Shown here piece after piece: positions 1 to 8,359 of a stretch of 24,747 nucleotides of DNA. The notes below the pieces were generated by a model. The model did not search any database and was not told the origin of the DNA. It was given only the letters and a program-made list of their open reading frames with translations. Source of the stretch: Chlamydiota bacterium (GTDB lineage: Bacteria; Auribacterota; Tritonobacteria; UBA1439); assembly GCA_037133055.1 (NCBI GenBank), contig JBAXOY010000041.1:1-24747 (forward strand), given 5' to 3'. A program made the position numbers and the translations under genes. How positions within the stretch are numbered: the first letter of the stretch is position 1; the number at the start of each line of letters is the position of its first letter.

Positions 1-67
1 TATAAAAGGAGACCATTACCTTTTCTATCCACTCCCCCTATCCGCCATTTCGGGGTAATCGCCCCTG

Positions 68-96
68 TTGACAGAACGCAATGGATTGGCTATAGT
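68..96 (+). promoter_or_regulatory. sigma70-type promoter for rubrerythrin
   Basis: TTGACA (68-73), 17-bp spacer, TATAGT (91-96); GAGGAGG RBS upstream of ATG at 178. Confidence 0.75.
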
Positions 97-104
97 AGTA
101 TCAT

Positions 105-121
105 TCGAGAATAATTCCTAG
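105..121 (+). promoter_or_regulatory. candidate Fur/PerR-family operator
   Basis: TCGAGAATAATTCCTAG, an AT-rich imperfect dyad (GAAT-A-ATTC core) just downstream of the -10 of a rubrerythrin gene. Confidence 0.4.
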
Positions 122-177
122 TATCGCATAGTATTCAATGTGCCGTATGAAACGGCGGAAAGAGAGGAGGATCTGAG

Positions 178-756
178 ATGGCGAAGTCGCTGAAGGGCAC
201 GAGGACGGAGAAGAACCTGCTCGCCGCATTTGCCGGTGAGTCGCAGGCGAGGAATCGATACACCTTCTTCGCGAGCGCCGCGAAGAAGGAGGGGTACGAG
301 CAGATTTCAACGCTGTTCCTCCAGACGGCCGATAACGAGAAAGAGCACGCGAAGGTGTTTTTCAAGCACCTCGAGGGAGGGGACGCCGAGATCACGGCAT
401 CGTACCCGGCCGGCAGCATAAGGGACACGAAGAGCAATCTCGAGGCGGCCGCGGCGGGAGAGAAGCTGGAGTGGACCATCCTCTACGTGAACTTTGCCAA
501 GATCGCGAAGGGGGAGGGATTTCCCGAGGCGGCGCAGTCGTTCGAGCAGATCGCGAAGGTCGAGAAATTTCACGAGGCCCGTTACCGGAAGCTGATCGCC
601 AATATCGCCGGCGGACAGGTCTTCAAGAAGAAGTCGCCCGTGAAGTGGCACTGCATCAACTGCGGACGCATCATCGAGGGCGCCGAGGCGCCCATGGTGT
701 GCCCCACCTGCCAGCATCCCCAGTCGTATTTCGAGGTGCTCGCGGAGAACTACTGA
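178..756 (+). CDS. rbr: rubrerythrin
   Basis: [17 protein letters not shown]-terminus, di-iron ExxH motifs (EKEH, EKFH), C-terminal rubredoxin-like CINC...CPTC. Confidence 0.96.
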   Translation: MAKSLKGTRTEKNLLAAFAGESQARNRYTFFASAAKKEGYEQISTLFLQTADNEKEHAKVFFKHLEGGDAEITASYPAGSIRDTKSNLEAAAAGEKLEWTILYVNFAKIAKGEGFPEAAQSFEQIAKVEKFHEARYRKLIANIAGGQVFKKKSPVKWHCINCGRIIEGAEAPMVCPTCQHPQSYFEVLAENY

Positions 757-785
757 GGGGTGGAGTGCCGCGTCGCGCGCGTATC

Positions 786-812
786 GACGGGGGGCTTTCG
801 GGTCCCCCTGTC
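786..812. terminator. GC-rich hairpin between convergent genes, probable terminator
   Basis: GACGGGGGGCT-TTCG-GGTCCCCCTGTC stem-loop with a TTCG loop; U-tract is weak. Confidence 0.55.
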
Positions 813-838
813 ATTTCACCCCGCCTGATACGCCGAAG

Positions 839-1300
839 TCACTCCTGCCCCGATCCTCCCCACTCCTCGATGACGACGCCCGACAGTTCGAGGTACCGCC
901 GGGCGAGTCCGAAGTTGTAGCAGTCGTCCTTCGCGTAGTCGATCTTCTTCGCGACGACGAGCCTGGCGATGCCCGCCTCGACCATCGTCACCGCGCAGGG
1001 GGCGCAGGGAAACCACTCGCTCAGGTAGAGCGTGCCCCCCTCGACCGGGATGCCCGCCTGGGCGGCGCGGCATATCGCCCTCACCTCCGCGTGGACGCCC
1101 GGGCAGTCCCGCCGGGTCTCCGGGGTGATCGCCCCTCCGGCGAGGCAGCGCGCGTGCGCGCCCGCCCTCCCCGGGGGGCCGTTCCATCCTATGACGCGCT
1201 CGCCGCGCGGCGTCTCGATGACGGCGGCGATGCGCGTGCTCAGGCAGGTGCCCCGCGACTTCCCCTCCGCCAGCAGTCTCAGTATCTCAGTTTTCATCAC
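839..1300 (-). CDS. CMP/dCMP deaminase family zinc-binding protein (ComEB/dCMP deaminase-like)
   Basis: GWNG motif, HAE and PCxxC (PCAPC) zinc motifs; start is GTG 1300 or ATG 1297, overlapping the upstream TGA. Confidence 0.85.
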   Translation of the reverse strand: MMKTEILRLLAEGKSRGTCLSTRIAAVIETPRGERVIGWNGPPGRAGAHARCLAGGAITPETRRDCPGVHAEVRAICRAAQAGIPVEGGTLYLSEWFPCAPCAVTMVEAGIARLVVAKKIDYAKDDCYNFGLARRYLELSGVVIEEWGGSGQE

Positions 1301-1839
1301 ATCCCCGGCGATTCAGCATGCTGAGAGCCCTCCTCGTCGGAGAGGTCCTCCTCGTCCCGCATCCCCACCGCAATGAGGAAGCCCCGCGCCCGCTCGGCCA
1401 GCGGGTATCGGGCGACGAGGCCCCGGAATGCCCGGTCGTGGCGCGGGACCTTCAGGTGCGCGAGCTCGTGGACGATGACGTAGTCCCTCACCCAGCCGGG
1501 CATCGCGCCCACCCGGTGCGAGATGCGGATGCGCCCCGCGCGGCAGTCGCAGCAGCCGTACTTACGCTCCTGACCGGTGACATACTCAATCGAAACCCAG
1601 CGGAGGGCGCCGCCGAAATAGCGATCGTTGAGCTCCCGCGCCCGCGACTCAAGTCCGCCGTCGCGGTTCAGCTCCTCCCGCAGCCTGCGACGCTGGAACC
1701 GCGCCGTAAAGTCGGCGATGAAGATCTGGAGGCGCTCCACGGGGAGGTCGTCGGGGGCGCTCACGACGAGCGTGTCCCGGACGAGGCGCGCGCTCACCGT
1801 CTTCCTGCGCTTGCAGCTCCTGATAACCCTGACGTCCAT
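1297..1839 (-). CDS. YgjP/DUF45-like M48-type zinc metallohydrolase
   Basis: VIRS.KRRKTV N-terminus, YGCC, DYVIVHELAHL..P.HDRAF (HExxH) signature. Confidence 0.85.
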   Translation of the reverse strand: MDVRVIRSCKRRKTVSARLVRDTLVVSAPDDLPVERLQIFIADFTARFQRRRLREELNRDGGLESRARELNDRYFGGALRWVSIEYVTGQERKYGCCDCRAGRIRISHRVGAMPGWVRDYVIVHELAHLKVPRHDRAFRGLVARYPLAERARGFLIAVGMRDEEDLSDEEGSQHAESPGM

Positions 1840-1871
1840 CTGCGTCGTCCTTCCGTTCTCCCCCGGCGCCG

Positions 1872-2012
1872 CGAAAATATTCAGTAAACGAAAATATTCA
1901 GTAAATATTCAGGGTCAGACCTCGTCTATTGACAGAAAAAAGCGGGATTATATCTATCTGTCAATAGATGAGGTCTGACCCTGATTGTTCTGTACTGACC
2001 CTGATTGTTCTG
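1872..2012. repeat. inverted-repeat element (MITE/REPIN-like) with flanking tandem duplications
   Basis: 28-bp arms at 1909-1936 and 1957-1984 (1 mismatch) with a 20-bp spacer; left flank CGAAAATATTCAGTAAA x2 (1872-1905); right flank CTGACCCTGATTGTTCTG x2 (1975-1992, 1995-2012); AT-rich relative to surroundings. Confidence 0.85.
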
Positions 2013-2041
2013 GGCCCCCCATAGGCACGTACCCCCTGCGC

Positions 2042-2458
2042 TCAGAATATCCCGAGGAACTTCCCGCGGCGGGGTTTTTCGGCTGTCTCCTTGAGCGAGG
2101 TGAGCTCCCGCGTCAGAGCCTCGACCCTTTTCGCCTGGAGCCGCGACTCCGTCTTCTGCTGCTCCTGGACGGCCGTGACCGTCGCCGAGAGCTCGGACAC
2201 GTCCTTGGTCATCTGGACCACACGGGAGCGGTAGTGGTAGACCAGGATGATCAGGAGGACCATCACGAAGAGGAGCGCGATCATGCCGTCGGCCCCGTTC
2301 CTCCGGGCGAACGCCGCGGGCGCGGGCGGGGGGGCGGGAGAGGAGTCGGGTCCCTTCGCGGCGCCGACGTCCATGACGCGCTTCGCGTGGTCGAGCGCGG
2401 CCCGGGCGCGCGCGAGCGCCCTGTTCTCCCCCGATCCATCGGATCCCCGGTCTCCCAT
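2042..2458 (-). CDS. hypothetical single-pass membrane protein with C-terminal coiled coil
   Basis: one hydrophobic helix (MIALLFVMVLLIILVY) followed by a heptad-like Q/E/K-rich segment; GGAGGGG RBS upstream. Confidence 0.65.
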   Translation of the reverse strand: MGDRGSDGSGENRALARARAALDHAKRVMDVGAAKGPDSSPAPPPAPAAFARRNGADGMIALLFVMVLLIILVYHYRSRVVQMTKDVSELSATVTAVQEQQKTESRLQAKRVEALTRELTSLKETAEKPRRGKFLGIF

Positions 2459-2541
2459 TTTGTGTCACCCCTCCCAATGCGGCATCGCGGCGCACACAGT
2501 AGCACAACCGGGCACCGGGCGGAAGTATATAGCTTTTGCCG

Positions 2542-2569
2542 TTGACACCCCCCGCGACGGTGCTATGCT
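2542..2569 (+). promoter_or_regulatory. sigma70-type promoter for ORF 2591
   Basis: TTGACA (2542-2547), 16-bp spacer ending in TGc, TATGCT (2564-2569). Confidence 0.55.
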
Positions 2570-2590
2570 CCGAAAAGGGGGGGATGAATT

Positions 2591-3358
2591 ATGGGGGGAT
2601 GGCTGAACAGGCGCCTGTACCGGATCTTCCTCCGCATCCGGCATCCTGAGATCATCCTCGCGCGGTGGCGCGGGCGCGGCCTCGAGCCCCTCGACGCCGT
2701 GTGCGTCGAGTGCGCGGGCCCCCCGGGTGCGGATTCGGCCCCGCCGTCGCTCATGGCCCGCGCGGTCTTTCGCCTCGCCGCGCGAAAGACGTTCCCGTAC
2801 GCTCGCGGGGTCATTTTCACCGGCCGCTCCGACCCGCTGCTCCACGGGGAACTTCGGGAGATGATCCACGCCGCCCGGTCGTACGGGAAAGAAGCGCGAG
2901 TGGTGACGGACGGCATTCTCCTCGACGAGGGGACGATCTGCGCGCTTATCGCGGCGGGGACCGATCATCTCACCGTTCGCCCCGCGGCCGCGGGAACCCC
3001 GGCCTCGGACCGGGCGGCATTCAATATCGGGGTTCTCGGCAAGGTCATGGAGGAGATGGACGTCCCCCGCCCGGCGCTTGAACTGTTGCCGCCCGGGGCG
3101 CCGGCCATCCCGGCCCGGCGCATCGATATCGCATGGGACGGGACGGTACACCCGGGCAGGGCCATGCACGGAGCGAAAACCCCGGAGCCGCTCGGAAACA
3201 TCAGGGGGCTGCCGCCCCGCGCGATCCTGTCCGCCCTTTCCTCGTCTCCGCAGGGGAGGCTTCAGCCCCCCCTCCCCGCCCCCGCCGCATCGAGAGGGAG
3301 TTCGCGACGACGGAGACCGAGCTCGCCGCCATCGCCCCCCCCGCCAGAACGGGGTTAA
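2591..3358 (+). CDS. radical SAM/SPASM-like protein lacking the canonical cysteine motifs (pseudoenzyme or decaying gene)
   Basis: [12 protein letters not shown] (GGEPLL-like), [10 protein letters not shown] (TNG.LL-like), [17 protein letters not shown]...PLGNI (SPASM/twitch-like); no CxxxCxxC; 3' end overlaps copA. Confidence 0.6.
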   Translation: MGGWLNRRLYRIFLRIRHPEIILARWRGRGLEPLDAVCVECAGPPGADSAPPSLMARAVFRLAARKTFPYARGVIFTGRSDPLLHGELREMIHAARSYGKEARVVTDGILLDEGTICALIAAGTDHLTVRPAAAGTPASDRAAFNIGVLGKVMEEMDVPRPALELLPPGAPAIPARRIDIAWDGTVHPGRAMHGAKTPEPLGNIRGLPPRAILSALSSSPQGRLQPPLPAPAASRGSSRRRRPSSPPSPPPPERG

Positions 3359-5489
3359 GCAGGATCCCCGTGAACGGGTAGAGGACGCCGGCGGCTATCG
3401 GTATCGCCGCGATGTTGTAGATCACGGCGGCGAAGAGGTTCTGACGTATCTTCCTCATCGCGAGGCCCCCGATCTCGAGCGCGGCGGCGACATCCCCCGG
3501 GTCGTTCCGCACGAGCACGATATCGCCCGCCTCCCTCGCCGCATCGGTCCCCGAGCCGAGCGCGATCCCGAGATCGGCTGCGGCGAGCGCGGGGGCATCG
3601 TTGACCCCGTCCCCGACCATGGCGACCTTACGCCCCGCCGCCTTGAGCCTTCCGATCTCCGCCGCCTTTTCCGCGGGGAGGACCCCGGCGAGCACGCGGC
3701 GTATCCCGACCTGCCGCGCGACGGCCCCGGCGGTCCCGATGTTGTCGCCCGTGATCATCACGACCTCCCGGCCCGCCGCCCTGAGCGCCGCCACCGCCGC
3801 CGCGGAGCGCCCCTTCACCGCGTCGGCCACGGCGATGACACCCGCCGCGGCGCGCCCCACGCAGAGCAACATCGCGGTCTTCCCCTCCCCTTCCCGCGCG
3901 GCGAGCATTTCCGCCGCCGCCGAGAAATCGATCCCCCGCTCGCGGGCAAGCGCCGCGGTCCCGAGGAGCAGCGGCTTCCCGCCGTACAACGCCTCGACCC
4001 CCTTCCCGCTCATGGATGCAAACGACTGTGGGTCGGGTACGTCGATCCCCCGCTCCCGCGCCGCGGCGACAACCGCGGCGCCGAGGGGGTGCTCCGAGCG
4101 TTTCTCCGCGATCGCGGCGAGACGCAGCACCTCCGTCGCGTCGCGCCCGCCGAGCGGCGCCACATCGGTGACGATCGGCTTCCCCACGGTGAGCGTGCCG
4201 GTCTTGTCGAAGACGACGGTATCCACCCGGGCAGCGGTCTGGAGGGCGGCGGCGCTTTTTATCAGTATCCCGCGCGAGGCCGCCATGCCGATCCCCACCA
4301 CGACCGCGGTCGGGGTGGCGAGGCCGAGCGCGCAGGGGCAGGCGACGACAAGGACCGCTACCGAGACCGCGAGGGCGAAGCTGAAGTCCTGTCCCGCGAA
4401 AAGCCAGACGGAGAAGGAGAGGATCGCGACGGAGAGGACTGCGGGAACGAAATATGCCGCGACCTTGTCCGCGAGGTCCTGCACCGGCGCCCGCGAGGCC
4501 TGAGCCTCGCGCACGAGCGCGACCACCTGCGCGAGGAAGGTGTCCTTCCCCGTCCTCGTCGCCTCGAAGGTGAACGCGCCCGCCCCGTTGATCGTGCCCC
4601 CGATCACCTCGTCCCCCCTACGCTTCGCGACGGGCATCGGCTCGCCGGTCACCATGGACTCATCACAGTACGATTCCCCGCTCCCCACGCGGCCGTCCAC
4701 GGGCACGCGCGCTCCCGGTTTCACCACGACGATATCCCCGGGCACGACCTCCTCGGCCTTTACCGTAATCTCCCTCCCCTCCCGGGCCACGAGCGCATCC
4801 GGGGGCGCAAGCTCGATCAGCGCCCGGAGGGCCGACGAGGTTCGCGACCGCGCCGTCGCCTCGAGCCATCGGCCGAGGAGGATGAACGCGACGAGCGTGC
4901 CGGCGACTTCGTAGTAAAGGTGCCCGCCGTGCGCGCGGGAAAGGCCCGGAGACGCCGCGACGCTGGAGAGGAACGCCGCGCCGGTCCCGAGGGCGACAAG
5001 GGTGTCCATGGTGGCGCGGCCGGTGCGGAAGAGCGCCGTGAGGCCCCGCCTGAACACCGAAAATCCCGCGGCGACGACCGGAGCGCAGAGGAGGAACTGG
5101 ATGAGCGCAGTGTGGCGGGAGATGAAGGCCGGAATCCGCACCCCCGCCATCGGCGCCATGGAGACCAGGAGGAGCGGGACCGCGAACGCCGCAGAGATGA
5201 AAAACCTTGCGCGGAGGGTGCGTGTCTCCCGGACACGCTCCCTGTCCTCAAGGTCCTCGATCCGGCCCGCACCCGCCCTGATCACCCCGTAGCCGGCGGC
5301 CTCGATGGCCTGTTCGAGGGCGGCGGGGGCCGTCCTGCCCGGGTCATACTCGACGAGGGCCCTTCGGGAGGCGAGGTCCACGCGCGCCGACGCGACGCCG
5401 GGGACGGCCGCGAGCGCCCCCTCCACCCTGAGCACGCAGGAGGCGCAGTGGAGGCCGGTGACCGGGATGATGACCTTGGTGAGGCTCAT
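3201..5489 (-). CDS. copA: heavy-metal translocating P1B-type ATPase, Cu(I)-exporting type
   Basis: N-terminal HMA GLHCASC, TGE, CPC, DKTGT, HP, GDGVND, YN and MxxSS transmembrane signatures. Confidence 0.95.
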   Translation of the reverse strand: MSLTKVIIPVTGLHCASCVLRVEGALAAVPGVASARVDLASRRALVEYDPGRTAPAALEQAIEAAGYGVIRAGAGRIEDLEDRERVRETRTLRARFFISAAFAVPLLLVSMAPMAGVRIPAFISRHTALIQFLLCAPVVAAGFSVFRRGLTALFRTGRATMDTLVALGTGAAFLSSVAASPGLSRAHGGHLYYEVAGTLVAFILLGRWLEATARSRTSSALRALIELAPPDALVAREGREITVKAEEVVPGDIVVVKPGARVPVDGRVGSGESYCDESMVTGEPMPVAKRRGDEVIGGTINGAGAFTFEATRTGKDTFLAQVVALVREAQASRAPVQDLADKVAAYFVPAVLSVAILSFSVWLFAGQDFSFALAVSVAVLVVACPCALGLATPTAVVVGIGMAASRGILIKSAAALQTAARVDTVVFDKTGTLTVGKPIVTDVAPLGGRDATEVLRLAAIAEKRSEHPLGAAVVAAARERGIDVPDPQSFASMSGKGVEALYGGKPLLLGTAALARERGIDFSAAAEMLAAREGEGKTAMLLCVGRAAAGVIAVADAVKGRSAAAVAALRAAGREVVMITGDNIGTAGAVARQVGIRRVLAGVLPAEKAAEIGRLKAAGRKVAMVGDGVNDAPALAAADLGIALGSGTDAAREAGDIVLVRNDPGDVAAALEIGGLAMRKIRQNLFAAVIYNIAAIPIAAGVLYPFTGILLNPVLAGGAMAASSVSVVANSLSMRRGRGGGAEASPAETRKGRTGSRGAAAP

Positions 5490-5520
5490 GAGATAGCGGG
5501 ACCTTATGGGGAATCATCTA

Positions 5521-6459
5521 TCAGTGTTCCATCGCGTGACGCACGCAGTCGCCGCACTCGAGCTGGATCGTGTAGTGGATGATCCCGAACTCCTTTTTCA
5601 GGATCTCGCCGGCGGCGTCCAGGATGGCCGTCCCCCGGCTGAGGGGCATGTCGTCGATCTCCACGTGGCCGCTCATCGAGTGGAGCCCCGAGGTGATCGA
5701 CCAGACGTGCACGTCGTGGACGCGCCGCACCCCGTCGAGGGCCGCGAGCCGCGATTCGATCTTCGAGATATCGATGTGAGCGGGAGCGGACTGAAGGAGG
5801 ATCTCGACCGATTCACGGATGAGCTGATACGCCCACACGAGAATGAGGACGCAGACGAGGACGCTCAGGATCGGGTCTATCGGGTACCACCCGGTTCGGA
5901 TGATGACGATCGCCCCGCCGACCACCACGACCGATGAAAACATATCTCCGAGCATGTGCACGAACGCGCTCCGGATATTGAGGTCGTCGTGCGCCGATGA
6001 ACGGAGGATGAGCGTCGTGAGGACGTTGACAAGGAGCCCGATGACGGCGACGAGGAGCATCCATCCCCCGGCCACCGGGACCGGGTGGATGAGACGCTTC
6101 ACCGCGAACCAGACGATGAAACCGGTGATGATGAGAAGGGTCGCCGCGTTGAAGAGGGCGGCGAGAATCTCGGCCCGGTAAAGGCCGAAGGTCCTCTTCT
6201 CCGTCGCGGGCCGTCGCGTGATAGTGATGGCAAAGTAGCTGATGATCAGGGAGAAGCCGTGCGTGAGCATGTGCCCCGCGTCGCTCACGAGCGCGAGGCT
6301 CCCCGAAAGGATCCCGGCGACGAACTCCAGCACCATCGTCACGAGCGTGATGGCGACGCAGAGGCCGAGACGGCTCTGTCCCTTCTCTCGCGCGCGGAGA
6401 AAATGCGCATGGGCATGATGCCCGTGATCGTGGTGGTTGTGGGGTGTGGCATCAGTCAT
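5521..6459 (-). CDS. cation diffusion facilitator (CzcD/ZitB-like Zn/Co/Cd exporter)
   Basis: His-rich N-terminus (HNHHDHGHHAHAH), SLALVSDAGHMLT, NIRSAFVHMLGD, VHDVHVWSIT; start reassigned to ATG 6459. Confidence 0.92.
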   Translation of the reverse strand: MTDATPHNHHDHGHHAHAHFLRAREKGQSRLGLCVAITLVTMVLEFVAGILSGSLALVSDAGHMLTHGFSLIISYFAITITRRPATEKRTFGLYRAEILAALFNAATLLIITGFIVWFAVKRLIHPVPVAGGWMLLVAVIGLLVNVLTTLILRSSAHDDLNIRSAFVHMLGDMFSSVVVVGGAIVIIRTGWYPIDPILSVLVCVLILVWAYQLIRESVEILLQSAPAHIDISKIESRLAALDGVRRVHDVHVWSITSGLHSMSGHVEIDDMPLSRGTAILDAAGEILKKEFGIIHYTIQLECGDCVRHAMEH

Positions 6460-6467
6460 GGTGAGGG

Positions 6468-6767
6468 TTACGCCGCTCCTTTCTTGCAGCAGGCCGGGCA
6501 CTCGTTCAGCGTCCTTCTGCACTTCGGGCACACCGCCCGCGAGCCGGCCGACGCCTCCCCCTCCCACCCCTTCCCGCACGACGGGCAGAGGTACTTCACG
6601 TACGTGTGCGCAGGCACCCTCCCCCGCAGGGAGGCGCGCTTCACCACCCTGACCTTGCAGGCGGGGCAGTAGTCGGGAACCCCCTTCCCCTCAGCCCCCG
6701 GCATGGCGCAGCCGAGCAGGGCGGCGAGGAGAAAGACGGACCCACACCGTATCATACGATCACTCAT
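6468..6767 (-). CDS. putative lipoprotein with four CxxC motifs (double zinc-ribbon-like)
   Basis: GGGGAGG RBS before ATG 6767; signal peptide ending LLGC; CPAC, CPSC, CPKC, CPACC. Confidence 0.7.
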   Translation of the reverse strand: MSDRMIRCGSVFLLAALLGCAMPGAEGKGVPDYCPACKVRVVKRASLRGRVPAHTYVKYLCPSCGKGWEGEASAGSRAVCPKCRRTLNECPACCKKGAA

Positions 6768-6833
6768 GCACGCCTCCCCCGGCGCACCCGAGCCCCGCCC
6801 GGTCGGCATCTCGGCCGGACAGGGCCGCGGCGC

Positions 6834-7130
6834 TCACTCCCTCGGCATCTTTTGGATATATTTCTCGGGGTCGGCCTTGAACAGGCCCTGGCAGCCGACG
6901 CAGCAGAAATAGTAGCGTGTCCCCTTGTAGTCAGAGCTGATGCTCTTGTCCGCCTTCCCCCCGAGCACCGGGCACGTATCCCCTTTCATCTCCTTCACCT
7001 CTCCCGCGGGCGTGGTGTTCCCCGCAGCGGCCGAAGCGGGTTCGGCCTTCGGGGCCGTCGCGGCCCGGGCCGCGAGCGCCGGCGCAACCGTCACGGCGAC
7101 CACGACACAAATGATGCGACATGCGTTCAT
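6834..7130 (-). CDS. exported YHS-domain protein (metal-binding)
   Basis: signal-peptide-like N-terminus, CPVLG...YKGTRYYFCCVGCQGLFKADPEKY; ATG 7130 overlaps the fprA stop (ATGA). Confidence 0.85.
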   Translation of the reverse strand: MNACRIICVVVAVTVAPALAARAATAPKAEPASAAAGNTTPAGEVKEMKGDTCPVLGGKADKSISSDYKGTRYYFCCVGCQGLFKADPEKYIQKMPRE

Positions 7131-8359
7131 CTGCTGCCCTCCTCTTTTTGTAGTGAATGCGCGAGCCTCTCCGCCACGCTCCGCCCCAGCGCCGCGCACG
7201 CGGCGAGCGTCTCATCCCCGGGCACGTAGCGTGCGCTCACGCCCTCGCCGACGAGCTCGACCTGCATGGCGCGGAGCAGCTCGTTGAGGATTTTCACGGA
7301 TTCCCCGCTCCAGCCGTAGGAGCCGAACGCAGCGCCGATGAGGCCCCGGGGCTTCAGCCCTTTCAGGTAGCAGAGCGCGTCGGCGACGGTCGGGAAGATG
7401 CCGTTGTTGAGCGTCGGCGAGCCGACGAGGAAGGCGCCTGCGTCCAGCAGTTCGGTCGCGGCGTCGCTCCGGTGGCTCGCGCCGAGCGGAAGGATCTTCA
7501 CCTCGGCCCCTCCCGCGACCACCCCCTCGCCGATCGCGCGGGCCATTCGGTGCGTGGCCCCCCACATCGTGTCGTATACGATCACCGCCTTCCGCCGGGA
7601 CTGCCGGGCGGCCCACGCCGCGTAGCGCGCCACGATCCCCGCGGGGTCCTTCCTCCAGATCGGCCCGTGGTCGGGGGCGATGATCCGGGGGGAGATCCCC
7701 AGTGCCGGAATTTTCTTCAGGAGCGCCGCGACGAGCGGCGAGAACGGCATCAGGATGTTCGCGTAGTATTTCGCCGCCTCCCGCTCGAGCAGCCCCGGCG
7801 GGAGTTCGTCGTCGAAACGCTCGCCCGAGGCGAGGTGCATCCCGAACGCGTCCTGCGAGAAGAGGAGCCCGTCGTCGGGCAGCCAGGTGAACATGCTGTC
7901 GGGCCAGTGAAGCATCCGCGTCTCGTGGAAGGAGAGGTTCGCCCCGCCGAGGTTCATCCGCTCGCCGTCCTTCACCGCGACGAGGCCGGGGCCGAGGCGG
8001 AAATGGTCCGCGAGGGCCTTCACCCCGTTGGCGGAGGCGAACACCCTGTCGGGCTTCACGGCGGCGATCGTCTCCGGAAGGCAGCCGGAGTGGTCCATCT
8101 CCGAGTGGTTCGAGATGAGGTAGTCGATCCGCCCCGGGTGGACCACGGAGGAGATGCGGGCGAACATCTCCTCCCTGAACGGCGCCTTGACCGTGTCGAC
8201 CAGGATGACCTTGTCGGCGACGATCAGGTAGGCGTTGTAGGTGGTGCCATGCGTCGTGGCGTAGCCGTGGAAATCGCGCACCGCCCAGTCCACCGCCCCG
8301 ACCCAGTACACCCGGTCGTTGACTTTAGCTGCCTTGAAAGAATTGGGTTGAATTGTCAT
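7127..8359 (-). CDS. fprA: flavodiiron protein (A-type flavoprotein, O2/NO reductase)
   Basis: GTTYNAYLI, NHSEMDHSG, HWPDSM, QDAFG, PDHG, flavodoxin YDTMWGAT and FGSYGWSG; GGAGG RBS before ATG 8359. Confidence 0.95.
   Translation of the reverse strand: MTIQPNSFKAAKVNDRVYWVGAVDWAVRDFHGYATTHGTTYNAYLIVADKVILVDTVKAPFREEMFARISSVVHPGRIDYLISNHSEMDHSGCLPETIAAVKPDRVFASANGVKALADHFRLGPGLVAVKDGERMNLGGANLSFHETRMLHWPDSMFTWLPDDGLLFSQDAFGMHLASGERFDDELPPGLLEREAAKYYANILMPFSPLVAALLKKIPALGISPRIIAPDHGPIWRKDPAGIVARYAAWAARQSRRKAVIVYDTMWGATHRMARAIGEGVVAGGAEVKILPLGASHRSDAATELLDAGAFLVGSPTLNNGIFPTVADALCYLKGLKPRGLIGAAFGSYGWSGESVKILNELLRAMQVELVGEGVSARYVPGDETLAACAALGRSVAERLAHSLQKEEGSR
8235..8318. repeat. direct repeat, copy within intact fprA (84 bp)
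   Basis: matches 9857-9925 except for a 12-bp indel, a 3-bp indel and a few substitutions. Confidence 0.9.

Noticed and set aside
1..16. Possible start of a divergent minus-strand gene (ATG at 16, MVSFY...)
   Set aside because: Only five codons are visible at the window edge, so it cannot be supported.
1872..2012. Possible mini-CRISPR, or promoter from the TTGACA in each arm
   Set aside because: No repeat-spacer periodicity and no cas genes. Neither TTGACA has a properly spaced -10 (the minus-strand TATAAT is only 6 bp away).
3078..5582. 834-aa + strand ORF
   Set aside because: Antisense shadow of copA. It is Arg/Gly/Pro-rich with no motifs, as expected in high-GC DNA.
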